DNA of 64,000 bases from a virus. Taxonomy: Duplodnaviria > Caudoviricetes. Position 1 is the stretch's first letter. Every line of letters begins with the position of its first letter. The position numbers were made by a program, and so were the translations under genes. This document shows positions 17,578-27,749 of this stretch, one piece after another. The stretch is taken from positions 96,001-160,000 of the IMG/VR virus record IMGVR_UViG_3300047160_009226; one strand, 5' to 3'. The notes under the pieces are model-generated. The model worked only from the letters and a program-made list of their open reading frames with translations, made no database searches and was not told the DNA's origin.

Positions 17578-19484
17578 CTCTGATAGCTCGTATGCCGATA
17601 GCTTGCCGTCCTATAAGGAACGTTATGATCAATTATTACCTTCATCAGTTCTGTCGAATGTTTAAGGACCAAAGGTGCTCCCTTACCAGCAACACGAGTT
17701 CTGATAACTCGTGCCAATTCCTGCCGATCTATCGAAGAAACCCGACGATTTCCCACGTCCACGCTGACTAATAAAAGAGTACCCAACTTAGCTGCTATTT
17801 TCTCTTTTCTATCTAGATCCTCATCGAAAACACTGACATCTATTTGACCACGACCTTGACACTGACCACAACATCGGTCTCCCCTCTCACCTGTCCCGTG
17901 GCAACAAGCACAGATCTCTCTATGACGCCTCAATCCTGATTTCCGTTTGGACGTCAAATCTCGAGATTTCTCAAACAACCGCTGAACCCGAGGAAGAAGT
18001 CGTATAGCTAATTTTTTTCCAATATCTAAGTAACCAGCAATATCTTTATATGTAATTGATTCCGCCGTCATTCCTTTCTCTTTATATAACCTCACAAAAT
18101 CTTCAAGATCAGAATGAGAATAAGACCTTATATCATCACGATAGCCAGCCGACTTTCTGGAAGCCCCCCATCTCCTCTCAGGAGCCCGTCCAGCAGCTCC
18201 AAAATGAACCTGAAAACAACGATTGGCTTCCTGATTCGTTCTTTCTTTTGGCTCTTCCTCATGTCGTTTCTTTGGATCGCTGATCTTTTGAATCGCTTCA
18301 TAGACCTTACGCCAGTCTATATCAGGAAACTCATCTTCTATGAACTGCTGAACATGATCAGAAGAAATCTCACTGGGAAGCATATCACCTGCAAAATGAT
18401 CCAGGCACTGATCCACAGCTTCTGCGATCTCGTCCTCTACCTCGATCTTACGACTGACCCGACTCCTGCCCTCCCGCTTGTCTTTCATGGTTCTAAGATA
18501 GCGATCCATCGTCGGGTTTTCCCACATATTGATCACAGTATTGAACCAGTCTCCACCTGGAGCTGAGTACTCTTGAATTGTCTCTTTTTCTCGCGTTGCT
18601 GAAACTGGCGACAGATTTCCTCCTTCAAACTCTTCAGAAAGTGGTGTTCCTGACTCTTCAGCGATTTCATTCATCGCATCGTTCCATGCTTCATCCAACT
18701 GACCAGGATCTGGATTCACTCCCTTGCTATCCAAATCCAGAAGCCAAGACTCAAAAACATCGGGATCTTGAAGTTGATCCAGCAGGTCTTCGTCATATAA
18801 GGAGTTTTGAGACTTATATTCCTGTAAAAAATCCCTTGCCATTGTCAAAAGTTCTGAATCTACTTCTCTCTCCTTGGCAACACGACCGGACTCCCTTGCA
18901 CGCCAAGCTTGATCTTGACTGTAATCAATCGGTTCTCCGGGTGTTAACTGAGATTCTTCGTTGAACTCCGATTGAGGCGGTACAGCTTGATCCAATGGTT
19001 TTTGAATGACTGGCATTCCAGTTTGATCCCGTCGCCGTGCTTCCTCCTCTAGAGGTGCCGCCATCTTGGCCAAAGCCCGTGCCGCAACCCCTCTCTCCTG
19101 GGTAGAAACCCACTTGAGCTTCTTGGCTAATCGTAACAGCGACGGAGATCTGTACCGATTGGCATTGAGCCGTGCTGCTTCAGCGAGTTGCAATGCAAAT
19201 CGGCGCGGGTCCATAGGACCTCGACCTCTATGTGCTTTTCTGAATCCAGCACTGGTGGCATGTTCTTTGGTATGTGTCTTCCATTCCTTGATCTTTTCCT
19301 TGATGTCTTCCTCTGACATTTCAGCGTCTTTAGACTTGCTGGAAGCGATCCGAAGATAGAGATCTCCTCCCTGATCTAGCATAGACGCTTCAACAGATTC
19401 AGGATAAGACTCAAACATGGTATCTAAAGATGCTGCTTCAGGGAGTGAGAAAATCTCACTCGCTTCGATTCTACGCCGAGTCAT
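17574..19484 (-). CDS. large hypothetical protein with a DnaJ-type CxxCxGxG zinc-finger pair
   Basis: CACCHGTG and CGQCQGRG motifs near the C-terminus. Likely start is ATG 19484 (MTRRRIEASE); the ORF track extends to 19508. Confidence 0.75.
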   Translation of the reverse strand: MTRRRIEASEIFSLPEAASLDTMFESYPESVEASMLDQGGDLYLRIASSKSKDAEMSEEDIKEKIKEWKTHTKEHATSAGFRKAHRGRGPMDPRRFALQLAEAARLNANRYRSPSLLRLAKKLKWVSTQERGVAARALAKMAAPLEEEARRRDQTGMPVIQKPLDQAVPPQSEFNEESQLTPGEPIDYSQDQAWRARESGRVAKEREVDSELLTMARDFLQEYKSQNSLYDEDLLDQLQDPDVFESWLLDLDSKGVNPDPGQLDEAWNDAMNEIAEESGTPLSEEFEGGNLSPVSATREKETIQEYSAPGGDWFNTVINMWENPTMDRYLRTMKDKREGRSRVSRKIEVEDEIAEAVDQCLDHFAGDMLPSEISSDHVQQFIEDEFPDIDWRKVYEAIQKISDPKKRHEEEPKERTNQEANRCFQVHFGAAGRAPERRWGASRKSAGYRDDIRSYSHSDLEDFVRLYKEKGMTAESITYKDIAGYLDIGKKLAIRLLPRVQRLFEKSRDLTSKRKSGLRRHREICACCHGTGERGDRCCGQCQGRGQIDVSVFDEDLDRKEKIAAKLGTLLLVSVDVGNRRVSSIDRQELARVIRTRVAGKGAPLVLKHSTELMKVIIDHNVPYRTASYRHTSYQR

Positions 19485-19485
19485 G

Positions 19486-19587
19486 TCAGTATCCCTTCCT
19501 CTGATCACAGGAGGTGCAATCAGGTATACCGTCAGGTTTACCGCTTATCACACACTTTTCTCGTTTCTGACAAGTGAAAACTTTCAC
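19486..19587 (-). CDS. possible 33-aa Cys-rich microprotein
   Basis: GTG start; VKVFTCQKREKCVISGKPDGIPDCTSCDQRKGY; its stop is one base from the next ATG (TGA C ATG). Confidence 0.3.
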   Translation of the reverse strand: MKVFTCQKREKCVISGKPDGIPDCTSCDQRKGY

Positions 19588-19717
19588 TTTAACCCTTGAT
19601 CCATTTCATCCCGGACATTCAGCGATACCTAGATAAAGGCCCCGGTAGATGCAAGGAGGATGTATTATTCTCGGGTCCTTACCTCTTCTTAGTATTTGCA
19701 TCATGACTCAACTTCTC

Positions 19718-20650
19718 TCAGTTTTTTGACAGTTCACTTTCTCTTATCCTCCTAAGACGTTGAGCTTCTCTCATCTTCTGTTTAGTCTTTTCACTATATT
19801 TCCTACCAAGTCGAGCCTTTGACATTTTCTGCTTACTCTCTTCACTGTGTTTCTTACCAACATTAGCTTCCCTCATTTTCTGCCGTGTTTCTTCACTAGC
19901 TTTTTTACCTATGTGAGCCTCTGACATGTTCTTTTTATGCTCTTCGCTAAACCTCTTGCCAATATGAGCCTCTGACATCTTCTTTTTACGCTCTTCACTA
20001 AACCTCTTACCAAGTCGGCATGCTGACATTTTCTTCTTATGCTCTTCACTTTGTTGCTTAATACGTTGAGATTCTGATAGATTCCTCCTATGTTCTTCAC
20101 TAAGTTTTTTACCAAGTTGAGCTTCTCTCATTTTCTGTCGTGTTTCTTCACTGACTTTTTTACCTCTATGAGCTTCTCTCATTTTCTGCCGTGTCTTTTC
20201 GTTGGCTTTCATACCTCGATGAGTTTCACTGATTTTTCTCAATGTTTCTTCTGACAAACGTTCTGATGAAGGCTGTATATTGTAACCAAACCGTGAATTC
20301 GCTGCTTTAAATCTCAAAAGGTACTCATCCTCAATAATTTTTAACAAATTCTTTTTATACACATACTCTAGAGTTTCATACACAAACGCTCCGGACCCAT
20401 GCCTATTCCACGCCTCTTGAAGTCGATGAGATTTATGTTTATTCTTAATCAAATCACGTCTATGTTGGCCCCAACGTTTAGAGAGGTTAACAGTACTACC
20501 AATATACATTTTTCCGTTTACCAGACACCGAATCTGGTATATTCCCATCTTAGATTTCTGATCATCATAAAGAGCTAAAATTTGATCCTTGCGATACCGA
20601 ATCTCCTTGGCCATCTCACAAAACAAGGGTCGAGAAACTTGATTAGTCAT
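19718..20650 (-). mobile_element. free-standing GIY-YIG homing endonuclease with NUMOD3 repeats
   Basis: [24 protein letters not shown] catalytic module followed by ten 17-aa SEExxxKM repeats. Confidence 0.9.
19745..20254 (-). repeat. ten degenerate 51-bp NUMOD3 tandem repeats
   Basis: [17 protein letters not shown] through [17 protein letters not shown], counted manually. Confidence 0.85.
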
Positions 20651-20714
20651 CCTATTTTTCCCTTAAATTGTAAATACTTAAAACCAATATCTTCGCCCCT
20701 TCTTATTAGTCTAG

Positions 20715-21464
20715 TCATACTGAAAGCCCCGCAAAAGCTCTGATCGCATTTGTCCAATCAACTGGAAAAGTAATCCATTCTCTAAGGAAACAGTATCTAG
20801 GATCTATAAATGTAATACCTAGATCACCACCTACTGTATAAACGAACTCAAAATTTAATAATGACGGAGGTGGTGGAAGTAATGAAGACGGAGGTGGTGG
20901 AAGTAAAGGAAGCGAACTTGGAGGTTGTAAATCCATGACATAATAGAGAACTTCATTCCACTGGAACGTTTTAACTGTAACTGGAATCTCAGGGACATAA
21001 GAAGTGTTCACTAGATCAATTTTAATTTGTTCTCCCGCATCTGTTGACAGAAGAACGAATTCTACTTCTCCATAAGTATTCCCTTCAGGTGGAGGTACCA
21101 GATCCGCTGATGAATTAATCGGATTCATCATCGCAGTAACAATTGCATCGTAGATCACCTGAGGAATGTAAATTTGAACGTTTAATGGTCCAAAAGGCAT
21201 AAATTCTGGAGAACTCTCCAAGGAAATATAAATTCCATTGATACCATCTGGAGGAACCCACTCTATCAAAATCGTGTGTGGAAAATAAAGTCGAAAAGGA
21301 TGATCAAGGAGTATAGGATTCTGTGTATCTTGTACAAGCTCAAAATAGTATCTGTATTTATTAGGAAACAAAACATTCAAGTACATTGCTTGTGAATGAA
21401 TGACATTCTCTAAAACAACTACTTCATCATACAGATCAATAGTCGGCCAATCTAGATAAGACAT
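20715..21464 (-). CDS. Pro-rich hypothetical protein, likely structural
   Basis: 249-aa ORF with LLPPPPS tracts, next to the tail-fibre block. Confidence 0.7.
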   Translation of the reverse strand: MSYLDWPTIDLYDEVVVLENVIHSQAMYLNVLFPNKYRYYFELVQDTQNPILLDHPFRLYFPHTILIEWVPPDGINGIYISLESSPEFMPFGPLNVQIYIPQVIYDAIVTAMMNPINSSADLVPPPEGNTYGEVEFVLLSTDAGEQIKIDLVNTSYVPEIPVTVKTFQWNEVLYYVMDLQPPSSLPLLPPPPSSLLPPPPSLLNFEFVYTVGGDLGITFIDPRYCFLREWITFPVDWTNAIRAFAGLSV

Positions 21465-21472
21465 ATGCCCCC

Positions 21473-22162
21473 TTAAGTGTATTGCTGTGCCGGAATGTAA
21501 GGCAGCATCTCCAACGGAGGAAGTGGAGTATCTTCATACATAATATAAGACCAAGAATAAAACGTATTAACTTGTGATGGCCACAAAAATCCTGGAGGAT
21601 ACTCAAAACCCGGTGGAAAACTTCCATCTACAAGAACATTGTCATACATCGGTGGAGGAGGTGAAATCGGTATAGAAACTGGTGGAGGAGGTAGAAGTGG
21701 TGGAAAGTCCACGTAAATACTGCCAAGTACAATTCCAGAGACATCAAGACTTAAATGAAACTCTTCTGGTGTTCTGACACCCAGAAATAAGTCACATCCA
21801 GTCTGAGTTGTTCTATATCGCAGAGCATCTGTATTATCTGGAATAGTAATTGACAAATCTATAAAATCTAGGGCATGTGGATTCTTAAGGTTAATTGCTG
21901 ACCAAGTTGCCGGTAATGGAGGAAGCGGTGGAAGCCGAGATGGAATCATCTGAGAAAGAAGGATGTAATCTCGCAGTATCGGATCAAACTCTAGAATCAC
22001 TATGGGATGCTTAGTTCCAGTATGACAAACAGGTTGAAATAAAATTCCTACTCTTGTCAGTCCAGCAAGAGGAAGTTTAGCTAACGGTGAAATACTAGGC
22101 TCAAAATACGCGAAATGGAAATACCCAGATCGCGTAAGAAAAGCACTATAATTTAAGTTCAT
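21473..22162 (-). CDS. Pro-rich hypothetical protein, likely structural
   Basis: 229-aa ORF with PPPP tracts. Confidence 0.7.
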   Translation of the reverse strand: MNLNYSAFLTRSGYFHFAYFEPSISPLAKLPLAGLTRVGILFQPVCHTGTKHPIVILEFDPILRDYILLSQMIPSRLPPLPPLPATWSAINLKNPHALDFIDLSITIPDNTDALRYRTTQTGCDLFLGVRTPEEFHLSLDVSGIVLGSIYVDFPPLLPPPPVSIPISPPPPMYDNVLVDGSFPPGFEYPPGFLWPSQVNTFYSWSYIMYEDTPLPPLEMLPYIPAQQYT

Positions 22163-22165
22163 ATG

Positions 22166-22765
22166 CTACTTCAGTGTGACACTCCGGGTTGTTTCTGTGT
22201 TTGCAGACATCGCCCTAATGGTATTCGGATCATTCACATCCGTAAACTCAGAGGTGCTATGCTCAGTATCCTCTACAAGATTACCAAGATTCACTGCGGC
22301 TAACCCCTGCATGACCTTTTGGAACGTGGTAGTATTAACTACAAAAGATCCATAGAGTTCTTGAACTACCCCTGATGGATCCATGCTGGAAACAGGAATT
22401 TCTGCCGTGCCATCCCATTTCATCAGTTCCATGGCTCCAGTCACTAAATCACCAACAGCCGCTGTTGCCGGAATCTGTGCTTCATAAGCTACCACAGGAT
22501 AATCACCTAATATGGTAATACTCGCAGGAAAGACCGCACTATAAATCCCCGTAGCTGGAGTAGTATCACTTAAGAAAATCGCATAATGACTCCAATTAGA
22601 AGCGTTTACAGCCTCAAATACTTCTAAAGTTGTATTCCAAATTTGACCAGGTAAGTTAAAAATAACGACATAAATACTTAACCCTATGTCGTCAACAATC
22701 TGTATTTCTCCTGCCATTTCTGGACTCCTTTCAAGCATCAGCCCACTCATATACCTGACCGACAA
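22166..22765 (-). CDS. hypothetical beta-rich protein, likely structural
   Basis: 199-aa ORF next to the fibre genes; exact start uncertain. Confidence 0.65.
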   Translation of the reverse strand: MSVRYMSGLMLERSPEMAGEIQIVDDIGLSIYVVIFNLPGQIWNTTLEVFEAVNASNWSHYAIFLSDTTPATGIYSAVFPASITILGDYPVVAYEAQIPATAAVGDLVTGAMELMKWDGTAEIPVSSMDPSGVVQELYGSFVVNTTTFQKVMQGLAAVNLGNLVEDTEHSTSEFTDVNDPNTIRAMSANTETTRSVTLK

Positions 22766-23030
22766 TCAGAGGAGAATACATCACTCCAATGACACTCTTA
22801 ATAAGTGCAAGTTCTTCTGGAGTAAATTCCTGTTTTCCTCCTTCATTAATACGCATAGCTAGCTTATATCGTCGCATCTTCTCTTCCCCTGTAACTTGCT
22901 CCCCATTCACAAGCGCCAAGGCATTGACCACAAAATTCTTGATCGTCGCCGGTCTATCTTCTCCTCTGATCCTATCGACAACCTGCTCGCCGTCAAGGTC
23001 GTGAACAGGGATATCCAGATCCTTAGTCAT
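22731..23030 (-). CDS. small conserved phage protein that typically follows tail fibres (fibre assembly chaperone-like)
   Basis: DLDGEQ..GEEKMRRYKLAMRI..FTPEELALIK..YSPLIVGQ pattern and its position immediately downstream of the fibre genes. Confidence 0.55.
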   Translation of the reverse strand: MTKDLDIPVHDLDGEQVVDRIRGEDRPATIKNFVVNALALVNGEQVTGEEKMRRYKLAMRINEGGKQEFTPEELALIKSVIGVMYSPLIVGQVYEWADA

Positions 23031-23100
23031 ATCGTCACCTCCAAAGGAATATGATGCACGTTATTGACTGCATTAAAGAAGTTCGGTATATCAATCTTCC

Positions 23101-24615
23101 TTAGTCCATTATATATCCGTGTATGTAAGTTCCACTATTATAAATGGTCACTGTTTGTGATACAGTGTATGCATTATATAACCCTTCCACTATAGTGAGC
23201 CAATGCAAGCCAATTTGGAGATTGCTACTAGGAGAATACTTATTCCACATTAAGTCTATTTGTGGAGAATTTATCTGAGATAGAGTGTCATTTGAATAAC
23301 TATTCGCAGTAGCTGCATCCAGTTGAACACCATGATACATTGAAGCACTCTGAGCATTCATGTTAACGATGATACTGCTATCTACTTCTATAAATTGGCC
23401 ACCTCCTATCCCTATATTTCCTGCGCTGCTACCTATTAGGAAGTAAAATCGAGCATTAGCATCATCACCGTTAACTGCACGATATATAATTACACCATTA
23501 GCGACTGTGAAATTCCAACTAGTAGCACCCGTATATTGAAACTTTATCTTCCGAGGTACCTGATTATAAGCATTCCAAAGTAATCGTGCGGTACTTGAAT
23601 CAGTTCCATGTCCAGCCGTACCATATATGTACAAAGTACCCACATAACGCCAATTCTGATTGCCTCCTTGAAAAAGCATACCCGCAGTAGGTCCCATTAG
23701 AGCAGTGGCTCTGGTATTATTGCCACTCCATGCTGTACCAAGACCTAAACTAGCTGTCCCATTCAAGTTATTCTGAATAAACACATCATATACAGTGTTA
23801 AGAGGATAAGATGCTAGACTTAGACTATAACCAGCATTTGGTAGCAAAATATCTTCATAGTCACTGATATTGCTATTCCAAAGTGTAATATGATTGCCAT
23901 TACATGGGAGATAATAAAGAGTAGTTGCAGCAGTAATATCAGATAACGAAACTGGATTAGCGGAATCATAAGTCAGTCTGCCACAAGCACGGGGATTGGC
24001 TATAGTTCCAAATGGGGTTCCATATGGTGTAAAACCGCCTTTAATATTAGCATTCAAATCACGGGCTCTGAAACTTGGATATCCAGCTACCGGTGTCAAG
24101 TCCACCAAACCAGCGACTTGGATAAGTGGAGATGCAAATCCTGTTGGACTAAAAGTAAATGCACTAGTACCACCGAAAACACCGCTATTATTAAACTGTA
24201 TATATGTGTTAGAACCTGCTGATGGAGTACTCGGCAGTGGCTGCCAACTAGAATCGCCTCTCAGAAATGTGTTAATACTAGCTGTACCAGTACCTAAGCG
24301 AGCTGTTGGAACAGTGCCTGATGTAAAATAAGTAGCGTTCAAATTAGTGAGACCAGATCCAGAGCCTACGAAGTTTGTAGCAGAAAGAGTGTTAGTACTG
24401 TTATTAAAAGTAAGACCTGAGTTTCCGGATAGAGCCCCAGCTGAATTATATAGTACCTGACCACTGCTTCCTGGAATAGTTAAACTTGGTACTACCCAAG
24501 TGCCATCTCCTCTTAAATACGTAGAAGTGCTTACAGTACCAGAACCCAGCCTGGCAGTCGGCATTATGCCGGCGGTAATGTTAGAAGCATTTAATGAAGT
24601 GAGGTCAATAGCCAT
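23101..24615 (-). CDS. short tail fibre / receptor-binding protein 3
   Basis: LNASN..TARLGSGT..LRGDxxW repeats and the shared GRLT..YYxP..WNAYNQ tip domain. Likely start is ATG 24615 (MAIDLTSL). Confidence 0.8.
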   Translation of the reverse strand: MAIDLTSLNASNITAGIMPTARLGSGTVSTSTYLRGDGTWVVPSLTIPGSSGQVLYNSAGALSGNSGLTFNNSTNTLSATNFVGSGSGLTNLNATYFTSGTVPTARLGTGTASINTFLRGDSSWQPLPSTPSAGSNTYIQFNNSGVFGGTSAFTFSPTGFASPLIQVAGLVDLTPVAGYPSFRARDLNANIKGGFTPYGTPFGTIANPRACGRLTYDSANPVSLSDITAATTLYYLPCNGNHITLWNSNISDYEDILLPNAGYSLSLASYPLNTVYDVFIQNNLNGTASLGLGTAWSGNNTRATALMGPTAGMLFQGGNQNWRYVGTLYIYGTAGHGTDSSTARLLWNAYNQVPRKIKFQYTGATSWNFTVANGVIIYRAVNGDDANARFYFLIGSSAGNIGIGGGQFIEVDSSIIVNMNAQSASMYHGVQLDAATANSYSNDTLSQINSPQIDLMWNKYSPSSNLQIGLHWLTIVEGLYNAYTVSQTVTIYNSGTYIHGYIMD

Positions 24616-24641
24616 GAATAATATCTCATAATATAGTCTAA

Positions 24642-26174
24642 TCAGCCCATTAACCAACCGATCATCTGAGTGCCGCCAGTGTAGAATGTAACAGTTGCCG
24701 AAGCGCCACTATTATTATAAAATGATTCTGACATGGTAAACCAATGAAGTCCAATTCCAAGATTACCAGGTAATACATACCTATTTTGTAATGTAGATAA
24801 TTGAGTAATGCCGCTAGCCGAAGCAATCTGAGATGCTATATCATTTGAAAAATTATTAACAGTGGCCATATCAAGTGCCACACCAGCGTGAACATTACAA
24901 TTTTGTGTAGGTATGTATGCACACATATAGTTATCCATTACTACAAACTGAACACCATCCATTCCTATATGATTACTATCGCCTCCCATTACGAAATATA
25001 CTCTTGCAGCATTAGTATTATCACCATTGACAGCACGATAAATAATCGTTCCTGAAGTGGGATTAGTATAAGTCCAGGAACCGCCACCTGGATTATAATT
25101 GCTTAAGGACAGCTTCCGAGGGACTTGATTATAAGCATTCCAAAGGCAACGATAGTTCCTAGCATCAGAAATTTGTCCAGCTGCTGTCGTCCAAAACGTG
25201 CCTACATATCTAGCGTTCTGATTTAAGCCGGTGCCCATAAAAGACATACCGGCTGTAGCATACAAATCGACTGCCCTAGCACTACTATTAGTCCACGGAG
25301 TACTCCAGACTAACTGTGCTGTACCATTCAAGTTGTTCTGAATAAACAAATCATACATAAATCCAGACGGAAGAACAGAGATGTTCAAACTATAACCACC
25401 ATCTGGTACCCTGATATTCTCAAAGTCGGCGAGATTACTGTTATATAGTGTAATATAAGCTCCGTTACATGGTATATAATAAATGATACTGGCCGCAGTA
25501 ATATCGGCATTAGAAGCCGCATTATTAGGATCAAGAGTCAATCTACCGCAAGCATAAGGTACAGCCAGTGATCCAAATGGAGTGCCATAATACGTAAATC
25601 CGCCTTTGATATTTGTACCCGTATCCCGATATCTCAAACTAACAGTATTAGATACTGGTTGTGCATCTAAAGTACCCGTTAACTGAACAGTTGGCGGAGT
25701 GGCAGTCGAATTAAATAGAAGATTACTAGTACCACCAAAGACTCCATTATTGTTAAACTGAACTGCATTAACAGGACCAGCTGGTGCAGCCAATGGCGGT
25801 ATCTGCCAGCTACTATCTCCACGTAAAAAGGTGCTTGCACTATCACCAGGTCCCAGGTAAGCTGGTGGAACAATACCAGCAGTCAAATTAGATGCATTAA
25901 GTAATTGAACTGCACTAGCATTACCAGCCAAATTAGTAGCAGTGAGAGTACCAGTAGAAGCAGCAAAAGTAAAATTAGAACTGCCTGCCAATACTCCTCC
26001 AGCGTTATACTGAACCTGAGTATCAACTCCAGCCGATGCAGCAATAATAGCCTGCCAAGTATTATCACCACGCAAGAAAGTAGATGAGCTACCTACATTA
26101 GTTCCTATTCTAGCGGTAGATATAACCCCAGAAATAAAGCTATTTGCATTAGTAGCTGTAAGATCAGTACCCAT
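24642..26174 (-). CDS. short tail fibre / receptor-binding protein 2
   Basis: Same architecture as its neighbours. Confidence 0.8.
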   Translation of the reverse strand: MGTDLTATNANSFISGVISTARIGTNVGSSSTFLRGDNTWQAIIAASAGVDTQVQYNAGGVLAGSSNFTFAASTGTLTATNLAGNASAVQLLNASNLTAGIVPPAYLGPGDSASTFLRGDSSWQIPPLAAPAGPVNAVQFNNNGVFGGTSNLLFNSTATPPTVQLTGTLDAQPVSNTVSLRYRDTGTNIKGGFTYYGTPFGSLAVPYACGRLTLDPNNAASNADITAASIIYYIPCNGAYITLYNSNLADFENIRVPDGGYSLNISVLPSGFMYDLFIQNNLNGTAQLVWSTPWTNSSARAVDLYATAGMSFMGTGLNQNARYVGTFWTTAAGQISDARNYRCLWNAYNQVPRKLSLSNYNPGGGSWTYTNPTSGTIIYRAVNGDNTNAARVYFVMGGDSNHIGMDGVQFVVMDNYMCAYIPTQNCNVHAGVALDMATVNNFSNDIASQIASASGITQLSTLQNRYVLPGNLGIGLHWFTMSESFYNNSGASATVTFYTGGTQMIGWLMG

Positions 26175-26186
26175 TAATCTCCTCCA

Positions 26187-27710
26187 TCAGCACCAAATAA
26201 ATCCTGTTATAGCACACCAGCCATTGCCATACAGAGTAGGTCCAGTCGTAATACCGCTATTATTATATACCCCTTCTGCTAATGTCAACCAATTATATCC
26301 AAGAGCAACCGGCTGAGTAGTCGGACAAAATCTATTCCATATCATAGCCGTGTTAACACTGTTACATTGAGATTGAACCTCATTGGAAAAACCAGTAACA
26401 GTGCCTTGATTCAGCGCAACTCCACCAAAAAAATCTACCCCTGAAGGTGTACCAAATAATTGTGTGCTATCTACCGAAAGCCATGGAATGCCCGCTACGC
26501 CCATATTACTACTCAATAGTCCAATCACAAAATAAAATCTGGCACTCTGGTCGTTATTAACTGCTCGATATACAGTGCTTCCAGTGGCTATAGAGAAAGT
26601 CCAACTACCTGTAGGATAACTATAAAACACCTTTCTAGGAACTTGATTATGGGCATTCCAAAGCAAACGCAAAGCCGGAGTATCTGCACTCTGGGCCGCA
26701 GCCTGTGTCATTATAGTTCCTACATAACGGCTATTTTGGTTGCTGCTATTGAAGAGCATGCCATTGATAGGATTAGTTAAAGCAGGTGCACCTGCTCCAC
26801 GAGTATTCAAATTCGTCCAGGCGGAACTACAGACCAATGCCGCCGTGCCATTCAGATTGTTTAAAATATAACAGTCAAACATGCTGTTAGCAATGGAAGG
26901 TACAGATATACTAAAACCAGCATCGGGAACTCTGATATTCTCAAAATCATTAAGGTTACTATTCCACAATGTAATCTGGTTTCCATTGAAAGGGATATAA
27001 TAAATGGTGGCAGTGCTAGCACCAGAATAACTATTATTCGAAGCCGGATTAGCGGAGTCAAATGTCAGTCTGCCACAGGCACAAGGAGTCGCTAAAGTCC
27101 CATAAGGAGTACCGTATGATGTAAAGCCACCTTTGATAGCGGAACTAGTATCTCTAAATTGAAAACTAGACCCAGATACAGCAGTCAAATCCAAACAACC
27201 ATTATATGCGGCAAGAGGTGGAGTAGCAGTCGAAATAAAGGTGAGATTTAAATTGCCAGCGAAGACTCCAAAATTGTTGTACTGAATTGCTGTATTAGCT
27301 CCCGCTGGTGGAGTAATCGACGGTGTCTGCCAACTTCTATCTCCACGCAGAAAAGCGCTAGTACTGGCTGTACCTGAACCTAATCTGGCAGTAGCCATAG
27401 TGCCAGATGTAATGTTATTTGCATTGAGATTAATAATACCGGCACCTGAACCGGATAGATTGAGAGCTGTGAGAGTATTAGTAGTATAGTTAAAAGTGAA
27501 ATTCGCACTGCCACCCAAGACCCCAGACGAATTGTACTGAACCTGAGTATCGGCACCTGCAGCAGGAGGGATAGGGGCTGTCCAGACACTGGTGCCACAG
27601 AGATATGTTATAGTACTAGTAATGCCAGTGCCCAAATGAGCAGCTGGTACAGTACCTATATTTACATTATTAGCATTAAGATCTTTGAGATCAGTAGAGT
27701 TCAGCGGCAT
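26187..27710 (-). CDS. short tail fibre / receptor-binding protein 1
   Basis: Same architecture as its neighbours. Confidence 0.8.
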   Translation of the reverse strand: MPLNSTDLKDLNANNVNIGTVPAAHLGTGITSTITYLCGTSVWTAPIPPAAGADTQVQYNSSGVLGGSANFTFNYTTNTLTALNLSGSGAGIINLNANNITSGTMATARLGSGTASTSAFLRGDRSWQTPSITPPAGANTAIQYNNFGVFAGNLNLTFISTATPPLAAYNGCLDLTAVSGSSFQFRDTSSAIKGGFTSYGTPYGTLATPCACGRLTFDSANPASNNSYSGASTATIYYIPFNGNQITLWNSNLNDFENIRVPDAGFSISVPSIANSMFDCYILNNLNGTAALVCSSAWTNLNTRGAGAPALTNPINGMLFNSSNQNSRYVGTIMTQAAAQSADTPALRLLWNAHNQVPRKVFYSYPTGSWTFSIATGSTVYRAVNNDQSARFYFVIGLLSSNMGVAGIPWLSVDSTQLFGTPSGVDFFGGVALNQGTVTGFSNEVQSQCNSVNTAMIWNRFCPTTQPVALGYNWLTLAEGVYNNSGITTGPTLYGNGWCAITGFIWC

Positions 27711-27749
27711 AAATTATCCTCTCACTTCCGAGTATGTTATATTATTCAA

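Noticed and set aside
19486-20715. Group I intron hosting the GIY-YIG gene
   Set aside because: No recognisable P7 R/S elements in the 210-nt downstream gap, and both flanking genes look complete with their own start and stop.
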